DNA of 64,000 nucleotides. Source: Scyliorhinus canicula. Lineage: Eukaryota. Where the stretch lies: NCBI RefSeq assembly GCF_902713615.1, contig NC_052149.1, positions 219,025,623 to 219,089,622 of the forward strand, in the 5' to 3' direction. The notes below the pieces were generated by a model, which worked only from the letters and a program-made list of their open reading frames with translations, was not told the origin of the DNA and searched no databases. Within the stretch, counting starts at the first letter, position 1. Each line of letters begins with the position of its first letter. The position numbers and the translations under genes are program-made. Shown here piece after piece: positions 50,070-63,218 of this stretch.

Positions 50070-51011
50070 TAGGGATGCAAGTGAGCCTTTGGAACTCTTT
50101 TCCTGAAAAGGTGTTGGGAACAGAGTCTTTGACTAGTTTCAAGGTATAGGTGGATAGATTCTTGGTAACCGGAGAGTTATAGGCTATGGGAAATAGGCGG
50201 GATGCAGGTTTGAAGTTAGTATCACAGCAGACATGATCTTATTAAAGGGCGGAGCAGGCTCGAGGGGCTGAATGGCCAACTCCTGCTCCTTGTTTGTATG
50301 TTCGGAATATTGCATCAGTGCAGAAGAGTCTGCAAAGAAACATCAAATTTTTGGCATTTTTATTTGAGATATTTTTGTTTGGTTCAGTGTCATAGATTGC
50401 TCCTGTGAAGGAGGCCTACAGGCTGTGCTTTTATTTGCACAATATCTAAATAACTTTATTGAACAAAGGATTGCAGTAGCCCTTGCCACTATTTCAGTTT
50501 AATTTCATGTGCCACTGTGTCCTTTCCTTGGCTTTGGAAAGGAAGAAGATTTTAATCACACTGTGCCTTAGGCTATAATCTGTTCAACAGACTTGTTGAA
50601 CAGTAACAGATCAATGACCAGTAGTAATTGTATACTTTAGTTCTTTGGAATATTGAAAACAACAAAGTCTGCGCTCAGACTATTAAAAAAATTGAAGCTT
50701 GATGCAAGGTCCTACACTTGGCTGCTTACTCACTACAGAATTTCTGGACTGTCACAAACCATGATAGTTTCAGAATGACTCTTAAGTTGGGCAAAGGCCT
50801 CACACGTCATCCAATTGTTGGCTACAAATTTGTCCAACTGCAGTGAATCGCTCACTACCCGTTGCCCCTTGACCCTTTATTGCAGACCTAAATTCCAATC
50901 TGTCTTTGTGGTCAACTTGCATACAGATGTTGCTCACAGTATGATTCAAATGCATCACCCAGCCTGTGACTCTTCCACCCAGTGAATTGTCAAGAAATGC
51001 CTTTTGGTGTT

Positions 51012-51225
51012 GGCGGCACGTGGCGCAGTGGTTAGCACTGGGACTGCGGCACTGAGGACCCAGGTTCGAATCCCGGCCCTGAGTCACTGTCCATGTGGAG
51101 TTTTCACATTCTCCCCGTGTCTGTGTGGGTTTCACTCCCACAACCCAAAGATGTGCAGGCAGGTGGTTGGCCATGCTAAATTGCCCCTTAATTGGGAAAA
51201 ATAAAATAATTGGGCGCTCTAAATT
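51012..51225 (+). mobile_element. V-domain SINE, type B
   Basis: Same family as 21291; flanked by an imperfect repeat aagaaatgccttttgg / aagaaatggcttttgg (probable TSD). Confidence 0.8.
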
Positions 51226-51737
51226 AAAAAAAAAAAGAAATGGCTTTTGGAAATAAGTCTTCTAAAATTAGCATTTGCAATCAAATGTGTTCTCTGTAGC
51301 TAGAAATTACTTGTATTATAGAAAGCTGGTAGTCACGATGTTAGAGTAAAACAGAATATGCTGGGGAAACTCCGGTCCAGCAGTATCTGTAGAGAAAAGC
51401 TCTTGTAGAGTTAACATTTTGAGCCTGTGTGACTCTTTCAGAGCTTTTATTTTGTTAAAATATACTGACCTACTTATCAGAAATCTGACTGAAACTCTTC
51501 GTTCTTCATTAAATGTTTCAGATATGTTCTATTATGAGTCATCTTGCAATCTCCTTGAGAAACTTGCTAAATTTGGATTATCGATACCATTAGATTATGT
51601 ATTTGTCAAACTGGTGTGCCTCTTCCTTCCCAGATTTGATTTCCATAGTATGACTTGTTCCCTGTTTGATTAAACCCAACAAACTACATCCTTTCAATTG
51701 TGATATGTACCTCATATTTTGTGTGGTTTTGTTATAG

Positions 51738-51805
51738 GGTGTGGGCCCTCAAGAATATACATTAATCAAAATGAAGATCCTTGAGCCTTATCCAGCTAAC
51801 CTAAG
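51738..51805 (+). CDS. LARS1: LARS1 exon 9
   Basis: tag|GVGPQEYTLIKMKILEPYPANL(S)|gtagag. Confidence 0.94.
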
Positions 51806-52477
51806 GTAGAGTCTTGTTAATCCGCCAGTAACAATTTTCCTCAGTCTTTCAGAGAATTCAAATTCTCATCTCGGGAATCAAACTGCTGCTCCTGGACTTA
51901 ATTGAAATTGTAATGAAAAATAATGCACCATTCACAGAATACCTCAAATTTGTTTGAAGAAAGCTAGCAAGGAAGTTAAAATTGGAATCAATCACCTCAG
52001 GAAGTCACCCATATTTGAAGATAATCATATCCATAGCTCATTTTCTTTTCAACCAACAACGGTCATAGGAAATACCTGATGGTGAAATTGTATTTTTGTT
52101 TTATGCTGTTGATGAGCTTTCTACATGTTGATCCCTGTTCTTTAAGTAAAGGACCTGTCACATAGGTTTAGGAGAACACTAGACATTGCTTTGCAGCTGT
52201 GATTCAGTTGGTAGCACTCTTGCCTTTGAGTCACAGAGTTTTGGGTTCAAGTCGGAGGCCTGGAATTGAACGCACAAATCAAGGTTGACATTCCAATACA
52301 GTGCGTTTCGATGAAATGTTAAACCAAGCCCCATCTTCTGACGCTGATGGAAGTAAAAGGTCCCATAGCAATATTTCAGAGATGATCAAGGGAGTTATTC
52401 CTGGTGTCCTGGCCAATATTAAACCTTTAGTTGACATCTTATTGCTGATTGTGGAAGTTCACTTTGTATTTCCTGCA

Positions 52478-55400
52478 ATAGAACATAGAACAGTACAGCA
52501 CAGTACAGGCCCTTCAGCCCATGATGTTGTGCCGACCATTTATCCTAATCTAAGATCAATCTAACCTACATCCCTTCAATTTACTGCTGTCCATGTGTCT
52601 GTCTAAGAGTCGCTTAAATGTCCCTAATGACTCTGACTCCATCAGCTCTGCTGGCAGTGCATTCCACACACCCACCACTCTGTGCAACAAATCTACCTCT
52701 GACACCTGCCCCGATACCTTCCTCCAACCACCTTAAAATGATCCCCCCTCGTGACAGCCATTTCCATCCTGGGGCAAAGTACCTGGCTATCCACTCTATC
52801 CATGTCTCTCATCACCTTGTACACTTCTATCAAGTCACCTCTCTGCCTTCTTCGCTCCATTCACCTGAAGAAGGAGCAGTGCTCTGAAAGCTAGTGTTTG
52901 AAACAAACATGTTGGACTTTAACCTGGTGTTGTAAGACTTCTTACTGTGCTCACCCCAGCCCAATGCTGGCATCTCCACATCACTTCTTCGCTCCAGTGA
53001 GAAAAGCCCTAGCTCCCTCAACCTTCTTCATAAGACATGCCCTCCAGTCCAGGCAGCATCCTGGTAAATCTCCTCTCTACCCTCTTCAAAGCATCCACAT
53101 CCTTCCTATAACGAGGCAACTAGAACTGGACACAGTATTCCAAGTGTGGTCTAACTAGAGTTTTATAAAGCTGTAGCAAAACCTCGTGGCTCCTAAACTC
53201 AATCCCCCGTTAATGAAAGTCAAAACACCATACGCCTTCTTAACAACCCTATCAACCTATTCAAGGGATCTATGTACATGGACCCAAGATCCCTCTGTTC
53301 CTCCACACTTCCAAGAATCCTGCCTTTAACCCTGTATTCAGCATTCAAATTCAACCTTCCAAAATTAATCACTTCACATTTAGCAAGGCTGAACTTCATC
53401 TGCCCCTTCTCTGCCCAGCTCTGCATCCTGTCAATGTCCTGCTGCAACCTGCAACAACCCTCAACACTATCGACAACTCCCCCAATCTTCGTGTCATTGG
53501 CAAACCTAACCCATCCTTCCACTTCTTCATCCAAGTCATTTATAAAAAATACAAAGAGCAGTGGTCCCAGAACAGATCCTTGCGGGACACCACTGGTCAC
53601 CAACCTCCAGGCGGAATACTTTCCATTCACTACCACTCGCTGAATTCTTTCGGCCAACCAATTCTGTATCCGAACAGCCAAATTTCCCTGTATCCCATGC
53701 CCCCTAACTTTCTGAATGAGCCTACCATGGGGAACCTTATCAAATGCCTTAGTGAAATCCATATACATCACATCCACTGTCCGACCTTCATCAATGTGTC
53801 TCATCACACCCTCAAAGAATTCAATGAGGTTTGTGAGGCATGACCTGCCCCTCACAAAGCCATGCTGACTATCTTTAATCAAACTATGTTTTTCTAAATA
53901 ACCATCAATGATTATTATCTCAGAACCCTTTCCAATATTTTGCTCACCACAGACGTAAGACGGATGAGTCTGTAATTCCCAGGGATTTCCCTATTCCCTT
54001 CAACAGGGGAACAACATTCACCTCCCTCCAATCATCCGGTACTACTCCAGTGGAGAGTGAGGACGCAAAGATCATCGCCAACGGCACAGCAATCTCCTCC
54101 CTCGCTTCCCATAGTAACCTTGGGTATATCCTGTCAGGCCCAGGGGACTTATCTATCCTGATGCTTTTCAAAATTTCCAGCACATCCTCCTAATATCAAC
54201 CTGGTTGAGTTTATTAACCTGGTTCACACTGTTCTCATGAGCAACAAGGTCCCTCTCTCTAGTGAATACTGAAGCAAAATATTCATTTCGGGCCTCCCCC
54301 CATCTCCTCAGACTCTAGGCACAAGTTCCCTCCACTATCCCTGATCGACCCTACTCTCACTCTGATCATCCTCTTATTTCTCACATAAGTGTAGAACGCC
54401 TTGGGCTTTTCCCTAATCCTTCCCGCCAGGGCTTTTTCATGTTCCCTTCCAGCTCTCCTCAGTCCACTTTTGAGTTCCTTCCTGGCTACTTTGTAACCCA
54501 CAGAGCCGAGTCAGATCCTTGCTTCCTCAACCTTACGTAAGCTTCCTTCTTCCTCTTGACTAGAAGCTCCACTTCTCTTGTCATCCAAGGCTCCTTCACT
54601 TTGCCGTTCCTTTCTCGTCTCAGTGGGACAAAACAATTCAGCACTCGCAGTAAGTGCTCCTTAAACAACCCTTACTGTTGTGCATTTCCCCAAGAACGAT
54701 TGTTCCCACTTTATGCTCCTCAGCTCCTGTCTAATAGCAGTATAATTTCCCGTCCCCCAATTAAATACCTTCCCATACTGTCTGTTCCTACCCCTCTCCA
54801 TGACTATGGTAAAGGTCAAGGAGTTGTGGTCACTGTCACCAAAATGCTCTCCCACCGAGACATCTGACACCAGGCGTGGTTCGTTGCCAAACACCAAATC
54901 CAATATGGCCTCTACCCTAGTCGACCTATCTACATATTGAGTCAGGAATCCTTCCTGTACACACCTGACAAAATCTCCATCCAAACCATTTGCACTAAGG
55001 AGGTTCCAGTCAATATTAGGGAAGTTGAAGTCACCCATGACAACAACCTTGTTACTTCAGCACCTTTCCAAGATCTGCTGCCAAATCGGTTCCTCTACCT
55101 CTCTGCTGCTATTGAGGGGGTCGATAGAAAATTCCCAATAAAGTGACTGCTCCTTTCTTGTTTCTAACTTCCACCCATACTGACTCAGTAGACAAACTCT
55201 CCTCAACTACCTCATTTTCTGCAGCTGTGGTGCACTTCCTCATTAACAGTGCCACTCCCCCTCCACTTTTACCTCCCTCCCTATTCTTCTGAAAACATCT
55301 GAACCCCAGAACATCTAACAACCATTCCTGCCCCTGTGAAATCCATGTCTCCGTAATGGCCACAACATCGTAGTTCCAAGTACTGATCCAAGCTATAAGT

Positions 55401-56967
55401 TCATCTCCCTTATTCCTGACACTTGAATTCCTTGCATTGAAACAGACACACTTTAATCCATTCCACTGAGTGCAACTTTGCCCTATCAACTGTCTATCCT
55501 TCCTCACAGACTTCCTGCATTTTATTTCTGCCTGTTCAACAGCTACCCTATCCTCTTATCCATAGCTCTGGTTCCCATCCCCTTGCCAAACTAGTTTAAA
55601 CCGTCCCGAAGAGCTCCAGCAAGCCTCCCACCCAGGATATTGGTGCCCCTCCAGTTTAGGTGCAATCCGTCCTTCGTGTGCAGGCCCCACCTTCCCCAGA
55701 AGATATTCCAATGATCCACATGTCTGATGCCTTCCCTCCTGCACCAGCCCTGTAGCCACGTGTTCAGCTGCACTCCTTGCCTCACTTGCACGTGGCACCG
55801 GTAGCAATCCTGAGATCACTACTCTGCTTGTCTTGCTCTTTAGCTTCCAACCTACCTCCCTAAAATCACTTTTTAGATCCTCATCCCTTTTCTTAGCTAT
55901 GTCGTTGGTGCCTATGTGCACTACGACATCTGGTTGCTCACTCTCCCCCTTAAGATTCCTGTAGACTCGATCCGAGACATATCTGGCCCTGGATCCCGGG
56001 AGGCAACATTATTTCCGGGAGTCTCGCTTGCGACCACAGAATCTCCTATCCATTCCCCTAACCGTTAAGTCTCCTCTCACTATTGCTTTTCTATTCTACC
56101 CCCTTCCCTTCTGAGCCACATAGCCAGACTCAGTGCCAGAGACCTGGCTGCTAGGGCCTTCCCCTGGTAGGTCATCTCTCTCTCCCCCCCCCCCCCCCCC
56201 AACAGCATCCAAAACGCTATACTTGTTTTGAAGGGGAACGCGCCCGAGGGATCCCTACACTGTCTGCCCGTTCGTTTTCCTTCCCCTGACTGTAACCCAG
56301 CTACTCGTGTCCTGTACCTTGGGTGTGGTTACCTCCCTGTAACTCTTGTCTATAACCCCCTCTGCCTCCCGGATGATCCGAAGTTCATCCAGCTCCAGTT
56401 CCCTACCGCAGTCTCAGGAGCTGGAGTTGGGTGCACTTCCCGCAGGTATAGCCAGCGGGGGCACCAGTGGTATCCCTCACTACCCACATCCTACAGGAGG
56501 AGCATGCAACTGCCCCAGCCTCCATCCCCTCTGATCTGAATTCACAAAGAGATTTAAAGGGGGGAAAAAAGAGTAAACACACATTAGGCCCTTATACTGT
56601 TGCTACTCCCAACTGATCCCTCGAAAATTGGTGATTCTGCAAAATGAAAGAATGATAGCTTGCTGGCCCCTCAAAACAAAAAGCAAAACAAACACAAAAA
56701 GCTAATTTTAAAAAAAAAATCAAAAAACCCAAATTAGAAAACCCAAAAACAAACAACTTTTACCTTACAGAATGTAGCTGCCCTGTGGACCAACTAGAAC
56801 TCCGCCCTCCGACTCTGCTCCCAGTCAGCTGCACTCTCTGTAAACTCCCAGCTCCCTTCTCGCTCTTTGAGGAAATGAAATGAAAGGAAGACCTTGCTTC
56901 CTCCTCACCTAACTCCCTCAGTCACCAAACTCTCACTACAGCACTCAAATGTACCCAAATTCAACAC
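52478..56967 (-). mobile_element. Near full-length CR1-type LINE (ORF1 Zn-finger + SGNH esterase; ORF2 APE + RT), frameshifted
   Basis: ORF1 start near 56525 MEAGAVACSSCRMW..YTCGKC; HIGTNDI/VVISGLLPVP/DGLHLN esterase blocks; endonuclease YDVVAITETW, MGDFNFPNIDW, SDHN; RT DFTKAFDKVPH, GVPQGSVLGPLLF; (ttctatg)n tail; antisense in LARS1 intron 9. Confidence 0.92.
52860..52983 (+). mobile_element. 124-bp insertion with 13-bp TSD carrying a Penelope-type hammerhead ribozyme motif
   Basis: TSD cttcttcgctcca at 52847-52859 and 52984-52996; cac-CTGAAGA-a-ggagc-agt-gctct-GAAA-gc-TA-gtg at 52862-52896. Confidence 0.75.
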
Positions 56968-57532
56968 TATTACAATAGTGTCTACACCTCAAACGTAATT
57001 CATTGGCTGTCAACGACTTTTGAGATATTGAATGTTCATGAAAGGTGCCAAAAGTAACACAAGTTTATGTGGTATCTGTCAGTAGGTGGGAGTGATTAAT
57101 TTATCATCACAATCTTCATGATGAAGTGAAATAAATTGTGGTTCATACTGGCTTGCAATTCCCCATTTATAAAGTTCCCAAACAGTTTCAATGGAGTCTG
57201 ACATTTGAACTTCCATGGCATTGCACCACTATCCATTTACATTCTCTGGACACTTGAAGAAAAACACAGGATTATTCCTGTGATTCTCTTTTGGACTGAG
57301 TGTTGCTGTTCAAGACATGATGTTATCGCAGTCTGGGATAAATATCTACTCGTGCTTTTGTGAACCCCAGAGAAAGTAGTTGTGTATCTGTGTATATTTC
57401 CAAAGATGGTAGTTGCCGATCATTGTACGAAGTTCACCTGAAATCTCAAGTGGTTAAAATAAATAAGACTAGCTTTATACCTGCCAAAAGAGTTATGGCC
57501 CATCATAGTCAGTCTTGTTTTCTTTCATCCAG

Positions 57533-57758
57533 TGGCCTAAAGGGCCGGAATGTATTTTTGGTGGCAGCTACACTGAGACCAGAGACCATGTTTGGACAAA
57601 CTAACTGCTGGGTTCGCCCTGACATGAATTATATCGCATTTGAAACAGTGAACAGGGACATTTTCATCTGTACTCAGCGAGCAGCAAGGAACATGTCCTT
57701 CCAGGGCTTTACTAGAGAAAATGGAGATGTGCCTCTGGTGATGAAGCTTATTGGAGAG
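57533..57758 (+). CDS. LARS1: LARS1 exon 10 (start of the CP1 editing domain)
   Basis: [37 protein letters not shown]...MKLIGE|gtaaat. Confidence 0.96.
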
Positions 57759-57940
57759 GTAAATTCTTCTTAAATATCAATGATTGTATGGGTGTCTGAA
57801 TTATGTGTCACCTTCTAGAAGTTCTCATTAAAGTCTGAGCACGATGTGATTGGGGCAAAGAAATAGCAAAAGAAGGGGGTCCATTAATTTCATCTTCTGG
57901 TTCCTGAGATTTTTAAAATCATTTTTAATTTTCTCACTAG

Positions 57941-58028
57941 GACATCCTTGGTGTATCACTGAGTGCTCCCTTAACATCCTACAATATTATTTATGCTCTA
58001 CCGATGTTGACCATTAAAGAAGACAAAG
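57941..58028 (+). CDS. LARS1: LARS1 exon 11
   Basis: tag|[29 protein letters not shown]|gtattt. Confidence 0.94.
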
Positions 58029-58174
58029 GTATTTCATACTTTGTGCCTATAGTTGGTTTAGAAAAAAATTTGGTTCTGTAAGTTTCTGTAAACAAAAATA
58101 CAACCGAAATTTTAGGTTTAAGCAAGAATTGATTTTTTTTGTTGAAACTATTTCTATTAAAATCCTTTCAATAG

Positions 58175-58251
58175 GCACTGGCATAGTCACCAGTGTTCCA
58201 TCTGATGCTCCAGATGATATTGCAGCTCTGCGGGACCTGAAGAAAAAGAAG
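58175..58251 (+). CDS. LARS1: LARS1 exon 12
   Basis: (G)[25 protein letters not shown]|gtacag; GTG..VPSD.PDD editing-site motif. Confidence 0.95.
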
Positions 58252-58829
58252 GTACAGATTCTATTTTTAATCTTGTTTATTGCTATTTACCTGCTCTCCT
58301 CTGCTGACTCCTTTCTGCACCACATTCCAAAGGAGCTGTATAATCTCTGTTTCTTCAGACAGTGGCAATTATTTATGTTAAGAACTTTCACAAAGTCCAT
58401 AGAAATTCCAGTGAACATTCTGTGGATGTCCTTTGAATAATTCTGCAACTAAAAACTGTTTCTAACTGTATTTAGATGCTGAGAGTTTGTGTTGTGCAGG
58501 GAAGGGTGCTTGAAAGTTATTTAACTAGAGGTAAAACTAACTACAGTCCACAATTAAATTTGAGTGCTCTACTTGAGATTCTGGAAGTGAGTCACAAGAT
58601 GGAATCTGCATTTTCAGAAAATTGTCTATGTCTTTAATTTCTACCAGTTGTGTTCACACGGTTGGCTTCAAATGTTGGTTGCTGGTGCTTTATTGCACTG
58701 CAATCTTTGGGAGAATAGGAAGAGATAAGACTTCAGAGCTGAAATTGATGTCACGCTCATTGGTCCTCAAACTTCTGGCAGGTGTTAGTTGCTAAATATC
58801 AATCGATACAAGGAATCCTGTTGGGTTAT

Positions 58830-59115
58830 TGATGAGCCATCAATTGCACGAGAGACGAGTTGCTATACAAAAGTTAGGCTTTAATAAGCTAGAACTTAGC
58901 CCTGCGGTCGACTACAATAAAATGGACGAACGCCGGGCGTTCTGACTATTTATACCTCGGTGTGGAGGCGTGGTTAACTCAGCCTCTCGACCAATCGGAG
59001 AGCCGTCACATACTGGTCTCAACCAATCGGTCGAGAGGCACATGACCGACCAGGGTCAATGGTAAGCCAGTGTTCTGCACCAATGGCAGACAGCTATGCA
59101 AATCATACCACCACA
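58830..59115 (-). mobile_element. Probable short solo LTR (CpG-rich, likely young)
   Basis: TG...CA termini; minus-strand TATAAATA then ATTAAA; several CCAAT boxes; flanks gttat / tttat (5-bp TSD with one mismatch). Confidence 0.6.
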
Positions 59116-59551
59116 TTTATTTTCCCTTCCCCAACAGTTAAGTCGCAGTGTAGCTATAATCCTGAGGCTGAAGTAATTATCTAGCGGTCGTGAATTTGAA
59201 TTCCATTGTAATGGTTAAAGAATTTATGTTCATTTCTAATTTTAAAAAGAGCTGAGAGAAAAAAAAGCAAAATTGAGCGAGCGGGAAACTGTCAGCTGCT
59301 GTAAAAATCCAAGTGGTTTGCTTACGTCTTTTAAGGAAGGAGGTCTGATATTACCCATGTAGCCTGTGAACTACTCCAGCAGTCAGATTTTTGGTCAGGT
59401 ACTTGCCGTGCTTTATGTTGTCTGCAGGGTTAGCTGTTGTGCTGTGTGGATGCCTTCACCAATCTGACTTGGTTTACACCTCTGACATACAAAATGATGA
59501 CACCAGTGTATCCTGATTTTTGAAAGAATAAAAGCACTTTTCTTTCTTTAG

Positions 59552-59605
59552 GCATTGAGAGAGAAGTATGGAATCACTGATGGAATGGTCCTCCCATTTG
59601 AACCA
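59552..59605 (+). CDS. LARS1: LARS1 exon 13
   Basis: tag|ALREKYGITDGMVLPFEP|gtgagt. Confidence 0.94.
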
Positions 59606-60139
59606 GTGAGTATGCTTGAATCAAAGTGAAAGTATAATTTTTTTTCAACATGAATCAAACCTGCCTTTCCTTATGCCGATCCTTATTCAAAATGTTAATG
59701 TTTTAGCCATTCCAATAGAACTTCAGTAGAATTCTGATTACCTGATCAAGTTCCCAATCTGCAGGTGTAATATGTTTTCTTTAACCGTCAAAATTAAATA
59801 TTCTTAGAAAAGTTTCAAAATATGCTTGAATCCTGCTCCCTTCCTAGATGTAACTCCTCCAAAGCAAAAGATTATACCATAAATTGGGCATACAGATAAT
59901 GATTTTCCTTGCTGGACATTTATCTCAATATTAATTAAAAACACAATAGTTTCATTGGCGATATGGGCATTTTACCTATTGTTGTCATGTTGAAAGGAAT
60001 AAGTTGATCACTAGAGGTCCTCATGAGCTTTGACAAAGCAGATCCATGGCTTCATTATTGTATGATGCATAGGCTCAGAATGTTAATGTTTTTATTGGTG
60101 ACTTTTAATGCTGTCCTTTTTGTGCTGTTTGTGTGGTAG

Positions 60140-60280
60140 ATTCCCATCATTGAAATCCCTGGATATGGGAACCTCTCTGCACCAACTGTATGCGATGAAC
60201 TGAAGATTCAAAGCCAGAATGACCGGGAAAAGCTTGTGGAGGCCAAAGAGCGAGTTTATCTGAAAGGCTTTTACGAGGGG
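60140..60280 (+). CDS. LARS1: LARS1 exon 14
   Basis: tag|[47 protein letters not shown]|gttggt. Confidence 0.94.
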
Positions 60281-60702
60281 GTTGGTAATGTACTTAAGCT
60301 CTCGCACAGAAAAAAATATAATCAAAAAGAAGAATGTGAATTGTTTCATTTTATAAGTGTACCAGTTAATCTCCTAGACATTGTACGTGGGGAGTTGTGA
60401 TCAAAAATAATTAGAAAACGAGAGTTTCAGGGCAGGGATAATTGTATTGTAACCTGCTGCTGTAATCCAACCCTTACTTTAAAATTACAAAATTGAGGAC
60501 AGAAGTTTTTATATTTGTATTCTAAATTCCCATTTCCTTGCTTATTGTATAAACCTGTCATACTGTAAGTATACAGTGTGATGAAGTGGCTGCCCAGATT
60601 AGGTATCAAGCCTTCAAGTGAGGCTAGAACTCTCTGACTTCACGGCAGACCTATTTGCAACTAGGTTCAGCAGAATATTCACTTGTCTGTTTTCTCCTAT
60701 AG

Positions 60703-60780
60703 ATAATGCTTGTGGATGGGTACAAAGGGCAGAAGGTTCAAGATGTCAAGAAACCAATTCAACGAAAAATGGTTGATGCG
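60703..60780 (+). CDS. LARS1: LARS1 exon 15
   Basis: tag|[26 protein letters not shown]|gtgagt. Confidence 0.94.
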
Positions 60781-61176
60781 GTGAGTGTTGCTATTGATTT
60801 ATTTCGTGACATCTTAAAACAAAAGACAGCATTGATTAGAAATTCTGATTGAAACATTGAGGTTAATGACTGTTGTGGAGACATAATGTTGCATGGAATT
60901 ATTGTGCTGTGTCACAGATGCTAGGGTTAAGTATTTAGCTGTATTTGGCTTTCATGTTTGAGCTTCCTCATTGATTAGTTCTGCATGGAATAGAATATGG
61001 CCTGTACCTTGGTGAGTATTTATATTCCCCACTGACTGATTGAATAGTGGTATTGTTGGAAGGTCACCCATTTTCCAAAATCTTCGATTCAAGGGACAAA
61101 AGTTGGGTTCAAATGAATCCAGACCATGGTACACCAAAATATCTCAATTAAAAACAAATTTCTAATGCTGTTCTAG

Positions 61177-61262
61177 GGAGAGGCTGTGATCTATATGGAA
61201 CCTGAGAAGCAAGTTATATCTCGGTCGGCTGATGAGTGTGTTGTTGCACTGTGTGACCAGTG
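61177..61262 (+). CDS. LARS1: LARS1 exon 16
   Basis: tag|GEAVIYMEPEKQVISRSADECVVALCDQ(W)|gtgagt. Confidence 0.95.
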
Positions 61263-61806
61263 GTGAGTTTTTTATTTTCAATTTTTTTAACTCCTCCACC
61301 ACCAGCTGACAACATTAGATGAATCCAGAGATGGCTGAAACCCTTTAAAACCTCACCACGAATGAAGGAGTGTCTATGGAAATTTCAATCATGGGGATCA
61401 TCCCAGCCGAATATATTTCTCTCTGTCACCCATCATTTATTTGTTCACTTTCCAGTCGAGCAATGATTAGGAATGGAAACGGTGAATCAGTTTCTCAACT
61501 CTGCTTCCAGATGACAAATTGACGTTTATGTTCTCTTCTGAACGTTGTGCAACTCGCAAATGAAAAGATTAGTATTGCTCATTTGGATCCATAAGGATAG
61601 GAACAGATGAGGAAGTCCATTTAGTCCATCTCATGCTTTCTTACACAGTTACCATTTCTTTCTCCTGTCTGAGGATCGGATTGCTTCCGAGATGCGTTTG
61701 TCTCTACTACTTAACCCAGAAGATTATTCCGGATATTAATGAATTTGGATAAGCATAAAGAATTGGATTTGTTTTATGCTATTTATCGTATTCATTTTCG
61801 ATACAG

Positions 61807-61872
61807 GTACCTAGATTATGGTGAGGAAACTTGGAAGAAACAAGCAGTCGGTTGCCTGTCAACGCTAGAAAC
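61807..61872 (+). CDS. LARS1: LARS1 exon 17
   Basis: cag|YLDYGEETWKKQAVGCLSTLE(T)|gtacgt. Confidence 0.93.
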
Positions 61873-62621
61873 GTACGTGCTATCCTATTCACTATTCCAT
61901 TTCACCCCTATTAGGACCATGCATGGTATTTTGCAACTCATAGCACTTAGTGGACCTAGTTCCAATGGAAGTTTGTTACTCACTACGACAAATTGTGTTG
62001 AGAATCGCCTGTGGAATGACTTCCAGTTTGCTCCCCCACAGTCTGGTTGATTGATTCACTTTCCTTATGATGGAATTGACATTATGTAACTCTTCGTAAT
62101 GAAGGTCGCCTGGAATCCAGGTTTTCAACTAATCTGCTGCTCATGTTTTCAGCTCAAGTCGCATCCAATGTTTAATTACATTGCAAGGTTGAGTCAATGG
62201 CTCATCTCGGAAATTAGAAAATATTTTTTATACCTCCTTTAATCAAGTTTCAAGTACTCCATTGTATCCCTAGCCATAAATCTGCTGGTGTTACTGTTGA
62301 GACAACATTCTCCCCGTGTTTACGTGGGTTTCCTTCAGATCCTCTGGTTTCCTCCCACAGTCCAAAGATGTGCAGGTTAGGTGGATTGGTCATGCTAAAT
62401 TGCCCCTCAGTGTCAAAAGATTATGGGGGTTACGGGGATAGAGCTGGGGATTGGACCTAGGTGAGGTGTACTTTCTGAGGGTCACTGCAGACTATCGATG
62501 TTCACATAACCGTTAACTACAATAACAAAAATGACTTCTACTTGTGTGGCACTTGTAGTAAAATATCCTGTTATTAAATTCAAACCAGTATCTGCACAAA
62601 AATCTATTTTTTATTTTTCAG

Positions 62622-62704
62622 ATTCTGTGAGGAGACCAGGAGGAATTTTGAAGCTAGCCTTGAGTGGCTGCAGGACCATGCCTGCTCAAGAACATATGGC
62701 CTAG
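62622..62704 (+). CDS. LARS1: LARS1 exon 18
   Basis: cag|[27 protein letters not shown]|gttagt. Confidence 0.95.
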
Positions 62705-62732
62705 GTTAGTGTAACACTTAAACACTCTATAT

Positions 62733-63218
62733 CAGTGATGGGCAATGTAGGCTAATGAGTGGGTTGCATGAGTGGCCCTCCATAATTTCAATGGGTGGCA
62801 AGATTGAAATCAAGCTAGTTCACTAACCATGACCTCATGAGTAAGATTAAATACGTTTAATGCACACCAAATGTTTCATCACGAATTATAGAAAATACTT
62901 GATCATTTATATATTAATAGAACGATCATCAACTTTAAATGGGAAAAACAAAGTAAATATTTACACTTTGAATGCAGAGGGAATGCATGGCTCTCTCAGT
63001 CGATGTTGTGTGCAATCAGGATGCACCTCACTTAACTTGCCCTTGCTTTATGTCTGTATCGCTTCACTCATACCGGGAGGAAAATAACTAGATAGACAGA
63101 AATCAGCACAATGTGGCCACCCTGCATGTGGGCAGCAGTCGACAAAATGTCACGTGGGTCGCACTCAGAACCCAGATGGGCCGCATGTGGCCCCCAGGCT
63201 GCAGGTTGCCTACCACTG
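62733..63218. mobile_element. Older hAT (Charlie-like) MITE
   Basis: Imperfect TIRs cagtgatgggcaa / ttgcctaccactg; 8-bp TSD ctctatat (62725-62732) / ctctatgt (63219-63226). Confidence 0.78.
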
